A stretch of 64,000 nucleotides of DNA from NCBI GenBank assembly GCA_951406725.2, contig OX597824.1, positions 68,262,001-68,326,000 of the forward strand. Reading direction: 5' to 3'. The first letter of the stretch is position 1. Each line of letters begins with the position of its first letter. Made by a program: the position numbers and the translations under genes. Below, one piece after another: positions 25,238 through 38,610 of this stretch. The notes beneath the pieces are model-generated. The model was not told where the DNA came from and did no database searches. It was given only the letters and a program-made list of their open reading frames with translations. The stretch is from Octopus vulgaris (taxonomy: Eukaryota).

Positions 25238-26010
25238 ATGGCTATGTGGTAAGAAGCTTGCTTCCCAACCACATGATTCTGGGTTCAGTTTCACTGTGTG
25301 GCACCTTGGGCAAGTGTCTTCTACTATTGCCTCGAACTGACTGAAGCCTGTGAGTGGATATGGTAGATGGAAACTGAAAGAATTCCATTGTGTGTGTGTC
25401 TTTCTTACCCTTCCCCATCACTGCTTGACAACCAGTGTTGGTGTGTTTATATCCCCCATAGCTTAGCAGTTCAGCAAAAAAGACCAATAGAATAAATATT
25501 AGGCTTTAAAAAAATAAGTCTTGTGGTTGATTTGTTCAATTAAAATCCTTCAAGGCAGTGCTCCAGCATGGCTGCAGTCAAGTTACTCAAACAAGTAAAA
25601 GAATGAATTATCAAAGCATGGCTTCTAGGGACACTCATGGCTGTGTGGTTAAGGAGCTCACTTTGCAGCCATTTGGTTTCAGGTTCAGTCTCACTCTGTG
25701 GCACCTTGGGCAAGTTAGGTTTTCTACTCTAGCTCAGGGCCAACTAATACCTTGTCAGCAATTTTGGTAGCTGGAAACTGTGCAGAAGCCTATTGTATAT
25801 GTGTGTGTGAGTTTTTGTGTTTGACCACCACCACTGCTTAACAACTGGCGTTTGTTTTGTTTATGCCTCTGTAACTTAGCGATTTGGTAAAAGAGACTGA
25901 TAAAATAAGCACCAGTCTTAAAAATAAGTTCTGGGGTCAATTTGTTTGACTAATTCCTTAAAGGCAGTGCCCCAGCATGGCTGTAATCCAGTGACTGAAA
26001 CTATTAAAAG
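25238..26010 (+). mobile_element. Two tandem SINE family A copies (~25238-25600, ~25635-26010)
   Basis: Two head-to-tail matches. Confidence 0.82.
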
Positions 26011-26981
26011 AAAATGTGTTTATAACATATATTCAGTTTCATAGCTTAAAGCAATGAAATGTATACATTAGTAGTTAGATGTCTCAGGTTATTGCTCTCA
26101 GTATCTTTTTTTTTTGACAAGTTTGGGGTGCTTTTTTTAAAAAAATTTTTCTTATACCTAAGTAACTGCAGCTTGACAATTTTGACCATGAATTTTTTTA
26201 TATTAAATTTCTCACATTTGACATAAGTAAGTCTGATATGTTGTTTCATTTGCTTGTACATTTAATTTTCTTTTTACCCATTTTTTATGGCTTTGTAGTA
26301 TTGGTAGTATAACATTTTGATCGATTATCCTTGGTCTTATGTCAGAATAAGAAACCAATTTTTTTTTTTTTTTTTTTTTTGACCTGGAGAGAATTTATTT
26401 TGCCTGATTCAATTTTTTGTATTTTTCAGTTAGATAAAAAAGAAAATACAAAAAAAAATGATGAAAAAGTTTGAATTTTAAATCTGAAGTTCTTATCTTC
26501 TCCGTCCTTTATTTTTTTTTTTACCCCTAAGTGTCTGCTCAGCCTTTTTATCTTTGATTGTTTTTGAAGTGTTTTTATCACCTGGTATTTTCAGGTACCA
26601 ACAGGATATGATTCCTTTGGATAAATAAAGATAAAACAAAAACAAGCAAGAAGTTCTATTTAAAAAATAATAATGTATGTGTTGGTCAATAGGTTTAACT
26701 TTGTTTGCTTGGTCTTGGCATTTTAATGAAAATGGCTCCTCAGTCCCTATTCTTTCTTTATTCACCTTCTAGTACATTGAAGATATGCTCTGATATCTCA
26801 TCACTACCATCTCTTTTCTGGGGTACCTATGTATCTCCTCTCCAGCAAGACACCTGTTCCTATCCCTCTATCATACTTTAGTCTCTCAATATCTTGCATA
26901 AAACCACTTCCTTCAATACCACCCCCGCACTGTGCTCAGATCAAGATTCTTGTCTTATTATTATTATTGTTATTATTATTA

Positions 26982-27405
26982 GGCGCAGGAGTGGCTGTGC
27001 AGTAAGTAGTTTGCTTACCAACCACATGGTTCCGGGTTTATTCCCACTGCGTGGCACCTTGGGCAAATGTCTTCTACTATAGCCTCGGGCCAACCAAAGC
27101 CTTGTGAGTGGAGTTGGTAGACAGAAACTGAGAGAAGCCCATTGTATATATGTATATATGTATATAATTATATGTATGTGTGTGTATATGTTTGTGTGTC
27201 TGTGTTTGTCTCCCCAAATTCGCTTGACAACCGATGCTGGTGTATTTTCGTCCCCGTAACTTAGCGGTTCAGCAAAAGAGACTGATAGAATAAGTACTAG
27301 GCTTACAAAGAATAAGTCCTGGGGTTGATTTGCTCGACTAAAAGCGGTGCTCCAGCATGGCTGCAGTCAAATGACTGAAACAAGTAAAAGAGTAAGAGAG
27401 TAAAG
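26982..27405 (+). mobile_element. SINE family A (tRNA-like head, CORE-like accttgggcaagtgtctt segment, internal (TA/TG)n, gtaaaaga tail), near full length
   Basis: A-box-like tggctgtgcagt and B-box-like ggtttattccc (ggttcagtccc in other copies). More than 20 copies in the window. Confidence 0.9.
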
Positions 27406-27441
27406 AGTATTATTATTATTATTGTTATTATTAATAATAGC

Positions 27442-27488
<47 letters not shown>

Positions 27489-28199
27489 GGCAGCAAGCTG
27501 ATAGAATCGTTAGCATGCTGGGCAAAATGCTTAGCAACATTTCATGTCTTTACTTTCCGAGTTCAAATTCTGCCAAAGTTGACTTTGCCTTTCAAAATTT
27601 TGAGGTTGATTTAATAAGTACCAGTCGTACACTGGGGTCGATATAATCGACTAGCTCCCTCCTCCAAAATTTTGGTAGAATGGATTATTATTATTATTAT
27701 TATTAACTTATTTTCTTGAAAAATTGAAGCATGTCTTTGGCAATTCCAGAACGTATCGGACGTATTTTGTGTGTAACTTTTGGCCCACCCTTTATATACA
27801 TTTTTGTGTAGTGTAAGGAACAGCTTCTTCTTTGAAACGTGTTATATTAAAGGTACAACATTTTTTATTAATGATTTTTTAAAATTTCCTTCTTAATCCT
27901 TTATACTTACTTTGATAAATGTCTCAAAAACATAGTCTTATCTTCTGAATGGAGTGTTAACTGTGACACATTTGTTACCAAGGTTTTTTAGTGGGCAGCA
28001 AAGGCTCATAGGAATGATATTAATAACTGATAATGGATTTAAAATTGTTTAACGGTTAATTCTAGCTCTTGGTTTTATTTTGTTATTAATCAAAGTTGCG
28101 GAATTTTCATGCATTTCTGTTTTTTGTAGACTTCGGTGTAGTATGGTTGTATTATCAACTAATTTGTATATCTGTCTAGTTTGTTTAGTATTTTGTATT

Positions 28200-28212
28200 A
28201 CACACACACATA

Positions 28213-28283
<71 letters not shown>

Positions 28284-28379
28284 ATCTATCTATCTGTCTG
28301 TCTATCTATCTATCTGTCTGTCTGTGTGTCTGTCTATCTTTTGTTAGTCTGGCTTCTTGCCTGTCTATCTGCCTCTCAA

Positions 28380-28427
<48 letters not shown>

Positions 28428-28585
28428 CCTGTCTGTCTATCCATATATCTATCTATCTATCTACCTGTCTATCTATCCATATATCTATCTATCTATCTAT
28501 CTATCTGTCTAACTATCCATCCATCCACAAATACACACACACACACACATATAAATACACACACACACACACACATACATACACA
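28200..28585. repeat. Compound (TCTA)n/(CT)n/(CA)n microsatellite
   Basis: Direct reading. Confidence 0.95.
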
Positions 28586-28592
28586 TTCACGA

Positions 28593-28920
28593 AGGCACAT
28601 GACTCAGTTGTTAGTATTCGGCTTACAATTGTAAGATTGCGAGTTTGATTCTTGGACCAGGTTCTGCGATGTGATCTTGAGCAAAGACAATTTATTTCAT
28701 ATTGCTCCAGTTCACTCAGTTGTAGAAATGAGTTGCAACATCACTAGTGCCAATCTGTATCGGCATTTGCCTTTCATCAGTGGCATAGAGAAGGAAGACT
28801 AGTATGCATGAGCAACTATTGGTCTTCCGCAAACAACCTTGCCTGGAATTGTACCTCAGAGTGGAACTTTCTGGGCACAATCCCATGGTCATTTGTGACC
28901 AAAGGGGATCTTAACCATTT
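28593..28920 (+). mobile_element. SINE family C (tRNA-like head); second copy at ~36648-36990
   Basis: Two colinear copies sharing cttgagcaagac..tttatttca.attgct.ca.ttcactcag.tgtagaaatgagttgcaaca...aaacaaccttgcc...atcccatggtcatt. Confidence 0.8.
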
Positions 28921-28982
28921 CTATGTATAGATAACTACACATATACACACACATATATGTATATATACATATAGATGTGTGC

Positions 28983-29017
<35 letters not shown>

Positions 29018-29231
29018 CGCGCATGTATATATAATCGTAAAACTGTTTATATCACCATTTAGTTATAAGTATAACAGAAGCTGTCAGTTGTAGTCAATCT
29101 TACATATACAGTTGTTGAAGGACTGCTTCCCTACACTCTTTCCTCTCCTCTTTCTTTCCTCCTACTTCTGTCTTACGTTCTTTTTTTTTCCCCCTTCAAT
29201 ATTGTTTTCTTTCTTAAATATCAAACATACA

Positions 29232-29263
<32 letters not shown>

Positions 29264-30069
29264 CAGGAGAGAGCGTTAGGTATTCCCCCCTCCTTTCTTC
29301 CCTCCCTGTCCCACCGCTATGATTACTGTCACCAAATATCCCATCCCCCCCACTTCAGCAACTAGAATACTTACTTCGGTGACACTGGAGGTACATTAAA
29401 GAGGGTGGAGGAGACGTCAGTCATCCAATCGAATGGTCTGTTTTGCTTTTGTTTTTTTTTGTTTGTTTTCTTTTTGTGCCTTTTAAATAAAGTAAGCCCA
29501 CTTCCCTTCCCCTCCCCCCATAGGTTGGGCTCTGCCCCTCCCACTGAACCTCTTCGTCTTCCTCCCACCTCTGCCCTTCACGAATGGCTCTGTTGGTGGT
29601 GTTGTTACTTCAGTCAGGTCCTGGTGCGGTACTTGTAAAGTTTGACTCTTGTGCCAGTGGATAGATAGGCTGGCTGCATTCTAGGCGCACTAACCAGGCA
29701 GACATTCATTTCCACCGCAAGCAGAGTCTGACCCCTTCCCAACCTACCATCTTCCTGAATGAGTGTTTGTTTTTTGTTTTTTTCGGGGAACTGCCTGCAT
29801 GTGAACGTATATACACAGTGCATGTATATACATGCAGGCTGGCCATGGGGCCCTTTTGAGGACACAATCAACAGGTAGGTGAAAGAAAAATAACAACTCC
29901 TATTCAAATAGTTTTTAATATTTCTGTTTCATGATTTTGTTAATTTTCGTTTGGCCAGTGTGAAAAGCAGATTTGGTAAAGGTGCTAAACCACATACATA
30001 CATACCAACAACATTTGTACCCATTTATGTATTGTTACTACTACTACTACTACTATTACTACTACTGTA

Positions 30070-30475
30070 GGGAGCTGGTAGAATTGTTGGCACCCTGGGC
30101 AAAATGCTTAGCAGTGTTTCACCTGTCATTTATGTTCTCAGTTGAAATTCTATCAAGTCAATTTTGCCTTTCATCTTTGTGAAGTTGATAAAATAAGTAC
30201 CAGTTAAACATTGGGGATCGATGTAATTTGAAACCATTGTTATGATTATTATTATTATTATTAAGACGGTGAGCCGGCAGAATTGTTAGCGTGCCAGGCA
30301 AAATGCTTCACAGCATTTTGTCTGTCTGCATGTTCTGAGTTCAAATTCTGCTGCAGTTGACTTTGCTTTGATCCTTTCAAGGTTGATGAAATAAGTACCA
30401 GTTGAGTACTGGGGTCGATGTGATTGACTAGCCCCTGCCCACCAAATTTCAGGCCTTGTGCCTATAATAGAAAGG

Positions 30476-30537
<62 letters not shown>

Positions 30538-30752
30538 GGCAGCAAGCAAGCAGAATCATTAATATGCAGGGCAAAATGATTAGCAGCATTTTATCTGTCT
30601 GCACGTTCTAAGTCCAAATTCTGCTGAGGTTAACTTTGCCTCTCATCCTTTCAGGGTCGATGAAATAAGTACCAGTTACACACTGGGGTTGATGTAATTG
30701 ACTTACCCCATCCCCCCATATTTCAGGCCTTGTGTCTACAGTAGAAAGGATT
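30070..30752 (+). mobile_element. Three tandem SINE family B copies (tail type 2, (ATT)n). Similar clusters at ~32160-32560, 53915-54335 and 56225-56555
   Basis: Repeated gagttcaaattc...gcctttcatcc...aagtaccag...aggccttgtgcct..agtagaaaggattatt. Confidence 0.85.
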
Positions 30753-31289
30753 ATATGGAACCCGGTGTGGTCACTTCCTGTCAAGCCATCCAACCCATGC
30801 TGGCATGTAAAATGCACATTAAATGTTGATGATGATAATGGTGCGATATGAGGGAGACATGGCTACTGTTTCTAGCAGTTTGAGCTATAACATAGAGACT
30901 TTTTTTGATCACTCCAATAAGTATCAGTAATACTTTTGGGTGTTGATTCAGTCAACTACACACCCTTCCCTCACCATCATCTTCCCCTCTTTAGTTCCCT
31001 ATCAATGTTATAAATTGTTAACCTTCCTTATTTCGTATTACCCTCACATTGTCACGTAATCTAATTAAGATAATTTTCCCATTTTTTTTTACATTCCTTT
31101 TTGTTTTACTTTTTCTCTCATTCTTCATTAAGTTTCCTTCTTTCGTCTCTCTCTCTCTTCCATTTCAATTAATTTTTCTGTTTTTATTGTTTTCTGTTTT
31201 TTTCATGCTATATTTCTTCAAATTTTTAATGAAAGAAAAAGCTTCATGCCTCCGCTTGACTGTCTGTGTGCCTCTTGTACTCACACGTG

Positions 31290-31351
<62 letters not shown>

Positions 31352-31539
31352 CCCATGCTAGCCGTCCAACCCATGCTAGCATGGAAAGCGGACGTTAAAC
31401 GATGATGATGATGGTGATGATATATGTGTGTGTGTGTATGTATATATATGTATGTATAAATATGTACATACACATACATACACACACACATATATGACTG
31501 CCTGTATGTATGTATGTTTGAATATATGGATATCCTTTA

Positions 31540-31875
31540 TCTTATACCTGTTTTAGTCATTAGATTGTGGCCATGCTGGGGCATCACCTAGAAGAATTTT
31601 ACTCAAATTATTCGACCCCAGTACTTTTTTTATTTTATTAAGCCTTATCCTTATTCTGTCAGTCTCTTACACTGAACTGTTAAGTTATGAGGATGTAAAC
31701 ACACCAACATTGGTTGTGTGTCAGTGCTGGGGGACAGACACATGATGGGCTTCTTTCAGTTCCCATCTACCAAATCCACTCACAAGTCTTTGGTCAGCCC
31801 AGGGCTATAGTAGAAGACACTTGCCCAAGGTGTCACATTGTGGGACTGAAACCAGAACCAATGTGGTTAGGAAGC
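31540..31875 (-). mobile_element. SINE family A
   Basis: Reverse-complement match. Confidence 0.82.
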
Positions 31876-33365
31876 AGAGGAGGAAGTAAACAGGCATAGT
31901 TGAATTTATCCAAAAATGCTATCTAACTTGAAATTACTATTATTGATTTAGTAATTAAATATTAATTAAAATGTCTTAAGGCATTTCTTCTTGTTCTTAA
32001 GGCTCTGAGTTAAGATCCCGCTAAGATTAACTCTGCCTTCCATCTATCTGGAATTGATAAAATAAAGTACCAGTGATTTATTAACTAATCTCCCTATCCC
32101 AAAGTTACTGGCCTGGTGCCTAAACCAGAAACTTTATTAATTATTATTATTATTATTATCATGCTTAGCAACATTTCATCCGTCCTTACAATCCGAGTTC
32201 AAATTTTGCTGAGGTCTACTTTGCCTTTCATCCTTTCAAGTTTGATAAATTAAATACCAGTGAAATACTGGGGTTGATGTAATCCACTAGTCCCCCCCTC
32301 TCAAACTTCAGTCCTTGTGGTTATAGGAGAAAAGATTATTATTACTTATTATTATTATTGCGGTTGTTAAGGTGACCAGCTTGTAGAACTATTAGCAATC
32401 TGGACAAAATGCTTAGTGGCATTTCAAATTCCATTGAGTTGAACTTTACCATTTCATCCTTTCAGAGTCAATAACATAAGTACCAATTGAGCACTGGGAT
32501 TGATGTAACTGGCTTTGACCTTCCCTCAAAGTTTCAGGCCTTTTGCTTATAGTAGAAAGGATTAGTGTTATTAGTTCATTGCACAGCATGAATATACTGG
32601 TTTTTTTGTTGCTTTTCCTTCTTCATGTTAACTGTCATGCCTCAATAAAATGTCTTTGAAAGTAGCTTTTAAAAAATAAGAACTATCCCAAGGCGGTTAG
32701 CTTCTTGGAGCATTTACATGTCTGTCTTGCTGTCCAACTGTCCCAGATGGTTTGGTAGTTTTCTGGGCAATCAAACCTGATGCTCTGATGATAACTGGTA
32801 CAGTTAATACTTTTGTTGTTGGATATCCCCACCATTTTTGATATCTCTATTTTTAAATCAGTCTATTTTGAGCTCTTTGCTATGTCTTTGTCTAAAGAAA
32901 TTACTATGTCGATTATGGGGCATTCTCTTTTTCTGTGCCATGTATAATCCTTTCCAACTTTGGTACAAAACCAAAAATTTTGAAGGGAGGAAGAAGTCGA
33001 TTACATCAACCCCAGGGCTTAAATAGCACTTATTCTATCAATTCCCAAAAAGATGAAAGCCAAGTCAACCTCAGCAGCATTTCAACTCAGAATGTAAAGA
33101 GCTGAAAGAAATATCACCAAGCAGTTTGACGAATATGGTAACAATTCTGAAAGCTCACTGCCTTATATGCTGTATATAAAGATATCTGATCTGTGGCATT
33201 CAATTTTTCTGATGTCAGAATTACATAGAATTCTTGGTTTACCAAGTTCATTTAGATCCTTTATTGGTACATCATTGTACTAATGAAAGCTCTAAATGTT
33301 ACAGCATGTTTAAACAGTTCTCCCTCGTTCTTTGCAAAGCAGTGTTCCATTCAGAAATGTTACTG

Positions 33366-33599
<234 letters not shown>

Positions 33600-33624
33600 T
33601 GTGTAAATTAAATGGTTGACGTCT

Positions 33625-35420
33625 CTGTCTGAAGTGTTGTATCCATATATTTCACAAAGAGACCAGTGAAAATTGAGTCTAGCCTTGTTGCATTGTTGCT
33701 TGTATTCTTTCTGAGCTAACATTCTGCAGCTTGCTGCAATATGGCCAGTATTTTCCATCTGGTGATTACATCGGTGGCATTGACTATTGAAGTGGTGGAA
33801 TAAATATCCTTGCTTGTGAACATAGGGTTTAAAGTTGAATTAACATTCTGAGCTTCATCTCAAGTAGTCACCAACAAATTCTGTTTCTTTCTTAAAGTCT
33901 CCTCTCTCAAGCTATCTTTGTGATGAATCAGGATTTTTCACATTTTGGTGTCTCCATGGAACTGTCCATGTAACTGCATTTCTTTCTTCTGCTTCCTTTC
34001 TTTCACATTTTACCCTTCTTTGATAGCCTCTCTTTTCTTTGAGTTCAGTATAACTAAATCCTAGTAATGTTACAGTATATTTAATTAGTTCTTCTTTACC
34101 CTTTGCAAGGTAGTGGCTTACCGATCGTTGTGATCCATTCACATGATCAGAAATGTTAATACATCCACATGCTATAATCTTATGTTTCATGTCTAAATGA
34201 TTGACCTTTGCCATCAAATGTAGTACTCCATGCGGAGTTAGTTTTACTCATTTTACTAATGTATTTCAACTTTCATCTAATTCATTATTCTAGCACTATG
34301 ATGCAGGACAGTAACTATTCATTTGTTGATTGCATTTATCAAATTCCTTGAATTAAGTTAGAACTTCAGTATAAGTTTTTAGTTTTTCAAACATGTTGTT
34401 TTCACTTTTCTTTCATTTCCTTATGCATAATATCAGTAAGTTCCTGTTTGCCCAGATACTTGTATTCATTGTTATCAGGTTCTAAAAATCCGTTTGTTCG
34501 GTAAGTTTATTCTATTTGAATTGACCCTCTTCTCTCTCTTCATGGCTAAAATCACACATTTTGATATACCAGATTCCATTCCAATGTCACAGTATCTTTA
34601 CACCACTATGTGTGGTGGCTATTTAAGCAGTGCATTCAAGGATGATTAATGGGTTAGGTGGGGCAAATGATGAAGGGGCAAACTTCCCCCCGAAATATGG
34701 CATATGTGCCCATTACCCATTCTTCATCTTCGATCTCATATACAAAACACTGTAGCAAAAATCAATGCTGGCTATAATTTCTATAGAATATCTATAGGAA
34801 TAACCTTAACAAACTAACATATCTGCTGTATTAACAATTCTTTCAAACTCTGCAAGCATCTTGGCTTCATCCATGAAAAATAGGTGATTGATAGAGGATA
34901 CATGTCACCCTACCTTGTAGACCGTGTTGACTTTTCTATGTTACTGATTGGTTATTTTTTTTTATAATAAATCACAAAATAGAAAGAGTTACTCTAGAAG
35001 ATATCTCTTTTCATATCTACACTTCTCAGTGATTTTGCACATAACATGAAATTTGTTTTCTAGCCAGTCCTACAAACACTGAGAATTCTGATGAGGTTTA
35101 TTGCTATCCCAGAGATTCTAAGAGACTCTACAATCCAAGAACAAAGCCCCATATTGTATCAGACCTACACTATGCACAGATTATTAGTCTGTCATTACTT
35201 GCAATTCTTTATTACCATTTTATCAATTATCAGATAGTCTTTGATGCCTTTTGAGTCTTTCTTACAGTCCTTCTTTTCAACAGCTCATAATTTGTTCTGC
35301 AATAATTGAGTGTATATCTTCTTTATGTTTTGAAAAAAATGTCTGTTAGTAACTTTCATAACAGATAGGTGTTTGATCTTGTTTGGATCTTTCATTACCA
35401 AAGTTGTTCATCCCTCAGCC
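33625..35420 (-). mobile_element. Fossil R4/Dong-like (RLE-type) non-LTR retrotransposon
   Basis: Minus-strand remnants in the expected order: KGIKDYLIIDKMV, KRDIF*SNSLS (KRGIFQGDSLSP), NHLFFMDEAK (HLL.MDD.K), DIGMESGISKC, NEYKYLG, and HIAASCRMLAQKEYKQQCNK...HWSLC (CCHC/RHD region). Confidence 0.8.
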
Positions 35421-36647
35421 ATCCACTCTACTACACTTCTTTGTATTACAGATAATTCATGATTTAGCAACATTTCTTCTGGCTCTTTACATTTTAAGTT
35501 CAAGTGTCACTGAGGTTGACTTTGCCTTTTATCTTTTCAGGGTTGATAAAATAAGTACCAACTGAGCACTGAGTCAATGTAATCGACTTATCCCCTTCCA
35601 CGAAATTGCAGGCCTTGTACCAAAATTTGAAACCATTTTTTTTGTTGTTGTTGTAGTGGTGGTGGTAAAATATCAGATAAATTTATTTTGTAGTGTTCAA
35701 TTACTTCTCTATTATATTCAGAATTGAAATATCCTCTCCTTTAGCTTCTAGTTTTCCCTTCCTCTTTCTATCAGTAATATATTGTCAGTGATTTAATGAA
35801 CTTTCCTCCATCCCACTAAAATATGAATTATCACTGTGTTTGAAATTTCTGTTCTAATTGTTAGTCACTTTTGTGGCATGTAAAAGAATTCTTCATAATC
35901 ATCATCATTCAACGTCCATTCTCTCTTCTGGCATGGATGGGATGGTTTGACAGGAGCTAGCAAGCTGGAGGGCTGCACCAGGCACCAGTCGTCTGTTTCA
36001 GCCTAATTTCTATGGCTGAATGCCCTTCCTAATGCCAACCACTTTACAGAGTGTACTAGGTGCTTGTAAATGGCATCAGCACATGGGCTTTTTACATGGC
36101 ACAGGCATGGGTGCATTTTACATGAAGCTGGCACAGGTGCTTTTATGTGATGCTAGCATGGGTCCTTACATGGTGCCAGCACGGGCACTTGTTATGTGGT
36201 GCCGGCACAAGTGACTTCTGCATGGCACCAGTAATAATTGTTAGTATTTAGTGAAAAATGTAATTTTTAAAAATATGCAATATAGTATATAAATGTTCTT
36301 GAACCTCAGCCTTAATATATTCTAACCCCCTCTCTCAAAACTTGCAGTCCATGTACCCATACTAGAAACAGATTCTACCTAAGTCATCTTTGCCTTTCAT
36401 CTTTTCAAGGTTGATAAAATAAGTACCTGCTGAGCACTGGCGGTGATGTAATCTACTAACACCTTCCCCTAAAATTGCTGGCCTTGTGCCAAAATCAACA
36501 AACATTACTATAAACACTGCTGTAAATACTACTGTATCATCCAGTATCGGTATCATTTCATTATGTTGTAATATAAAGGTGGGATGGTTGAATTGACAAA
36601 GTAGCTGAAGAATATGTGGTTTTGATTATTGTTGACAACTTTTTGTG

Positions 36648-36990
36648 AAGATGCATAGCTCAGTAGTTAGAGCATTTGACTGACAATCAAAGGGTAGTGA
36701 GTTCGATTCACAGACCGAAGTATGTGTTGTGTTCTTGAGCAAGACACTTTATTTCACATTGCTTCAATTCACTCAGCTGTAGAAATGAGTTGCAACAATG
36801 TCACTGGTGCCAAGCTGTATCGGCTTTTGCCTTTCCCTAGGATAAAATCGGTGGTGTGAAGTGGGGAGGCTGGTATGCATTAGCAACTGCTGGTCTTCTA
36901 CAAACAACCTTGCCCAGACTTGTGCCTCAGAGGCTAACTTTCTAGGTGTAATCCCATGGTCATTCATGTCTGAAGGGGGTCCTTACATTC
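36648..36990 (+). mobile_element. SINE family C
   Basis: tagctcagtagttagagca...gagttcgattc tRNA-like boxes. Colinear with 28593-28920. Confidence 0.82.
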
Positions 36991-37049
36991 TAGGATCAGT
37001 TGCCAATTTTACTGTCCATTGTTCTGATGCCAATAAAATAAAGTAGCAG

Positions 37050-37157
37050 TCAAGTGGCTGTGTGGTAAGAAACTTGCTTCCCAACCACATTGTTTCAAGT
37101 TCAGTCCCACTGCTTCCTTGTGAGCAGATTTGTTAGACGGAAACTGAAACAAGCCTG

Positions 37158-37207
<50 letters not shown>

Positions 37208-37430
37208 TATGTGTGCGTGTTTTTGTGTCTGTTTGTCCCATCACCATTGCTTGACAACCGATGTTGGTGTGTTTATGTCCTCATAACTTAGCAGTTCAGC
37301 CAAAGAGACTGATAGAATAAGTACTCAGTTTACAAAGAATAAGTCCTGGGGTCAATTTCTTTGACTAAAACCCTTTAAGACGGCTCTCCAGTATGACCAC
37401 AGCCAAATGACTGAAACATATAAAAGAATA
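37050..37430 (+). mobile_element. SINE family A
   Basis: Match with an internal deletion. Confidence 0.82.
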
Positions 37431-37911
37431 TAAAAAAAAGTATTTTGCCTGGTGCATTAACAATTCAGCCAACTTACCACCTAAAGCCATTTTATTAATA
37501 TTATTGCAATGGATTGGCTGAAGCATTTGTGTGCTGGATAAAATCCTGTACCACATTTTTTTCCATCTCTCTGTGCATTCTGAGTTCAAACCCTGTCATG
37601 GTTAATCTTTCCTTTCCTTCCTCTGGGGGTCAATAAATTACCATTTAAGTACAGGGGTTGATATAATTATTAGATCACTTTACTTAAAGTTGTAGCTTTA
37701 CACCGTTGAAATTGTTGGGTGTCTGTATATGTATATATATATATATATAACGCATATATGTGGCTGTGGTGAGAAGTTTACTTCACAACCACATGATCTT
37801 AGGTTCCGTCCCACATCATGGCATCTTGAGCAAGTGTCTTTTACTATAGCCTTGTGAGTGGATTTAGGAGACAGAAACTGAAAGCGGTCCGTCGTATATA
37901 TATATTTATAT

Positions 37912-38061
37912 GGGATATGACACTTTGGTCTAAAACAGTTTGGTCTAAACCACTTTGGTCTAAACCTCTTTAGTTGATGACACTTTGGTCTAAAAGCATT
38001 TTCCTCTAAAGTCAGAAAGGATTATTAGAGTAAAGTGTTTTAGATGAAAAGTCCTCGATCC
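37912..38061. mobile_element. Putative foldback/MITE with ~15-bp subterminal repeats (cactttggtctaaa)
   Basis: Tandem tttggtctaaa units on the left and inverted degenerate units (ttagagtaaagtg, ttagatgaaaagt) on the right. GGAT...ATCC ends in a TA tract. Confidence 0.5.
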
Positions 38062-38229
38062 ATATATATATGTATACACACTCACACACACACACATGAT
38101 GGGCTCATTTCAGTTTGAATCCTGTCATAGTTAACTTTACCTATCATCCCCCACAACGTTGATCATATCAAGTACCAGTCAAGTACTGTGGTCAGTTATA
38201 TAGAATAACACTCCTTTTCTTTTTCAGAA

Positions 38230-38610
38230 AGGTGTGTTATTGGTCCTCTTTGGTGAAGCCCACATTAACTTTGACGGGTCTCTCTTCAAAAAATGTAATT
38301 GAAAATAGAGAGGCCGATCTTGTCTTCCAGCTAACTTGTTGAAAGGTGGGTGATTAGTGGCTATCATGGTCTGAGTGAATGGGCCTACACTGAGCATGCT
38401 CTTTTAAACAGGAGGAGGACTCAATGGGGAAGGTACTTGCTGATGTGGTCATGGTGACCATGCTAAATGTGGGGTTTCCATGGGTAACATTTTCCATTGT
38501 TTGTTACCTTATTGATTTTCTTATAAATCTGTGAACACACTCCAAACCTCTTAGTGGTTTTCTGCTTCTTTTGTAGTTTTTACATCGGTCCTTGTGGCAA
38601 ATAAAAAGAC
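38230..38610 (+). mobile_element. Fossil L1/Tx1-like LINE 3' end
   Basis: gaaaggtgggtg...gagtgaatgggcctacactgagcatg resembles the ORF end near 47520. Ends ccttgtggcaaataaaaag. A similar 3' end lies at ~46530-46760. Confidence 0.55.

Noticed and set aside
26982-27060. tRNA-like sequences with A and B boxes
   Set aside because: They are SINE heads joined to SINE bodies and lack a complete cloverleaf.
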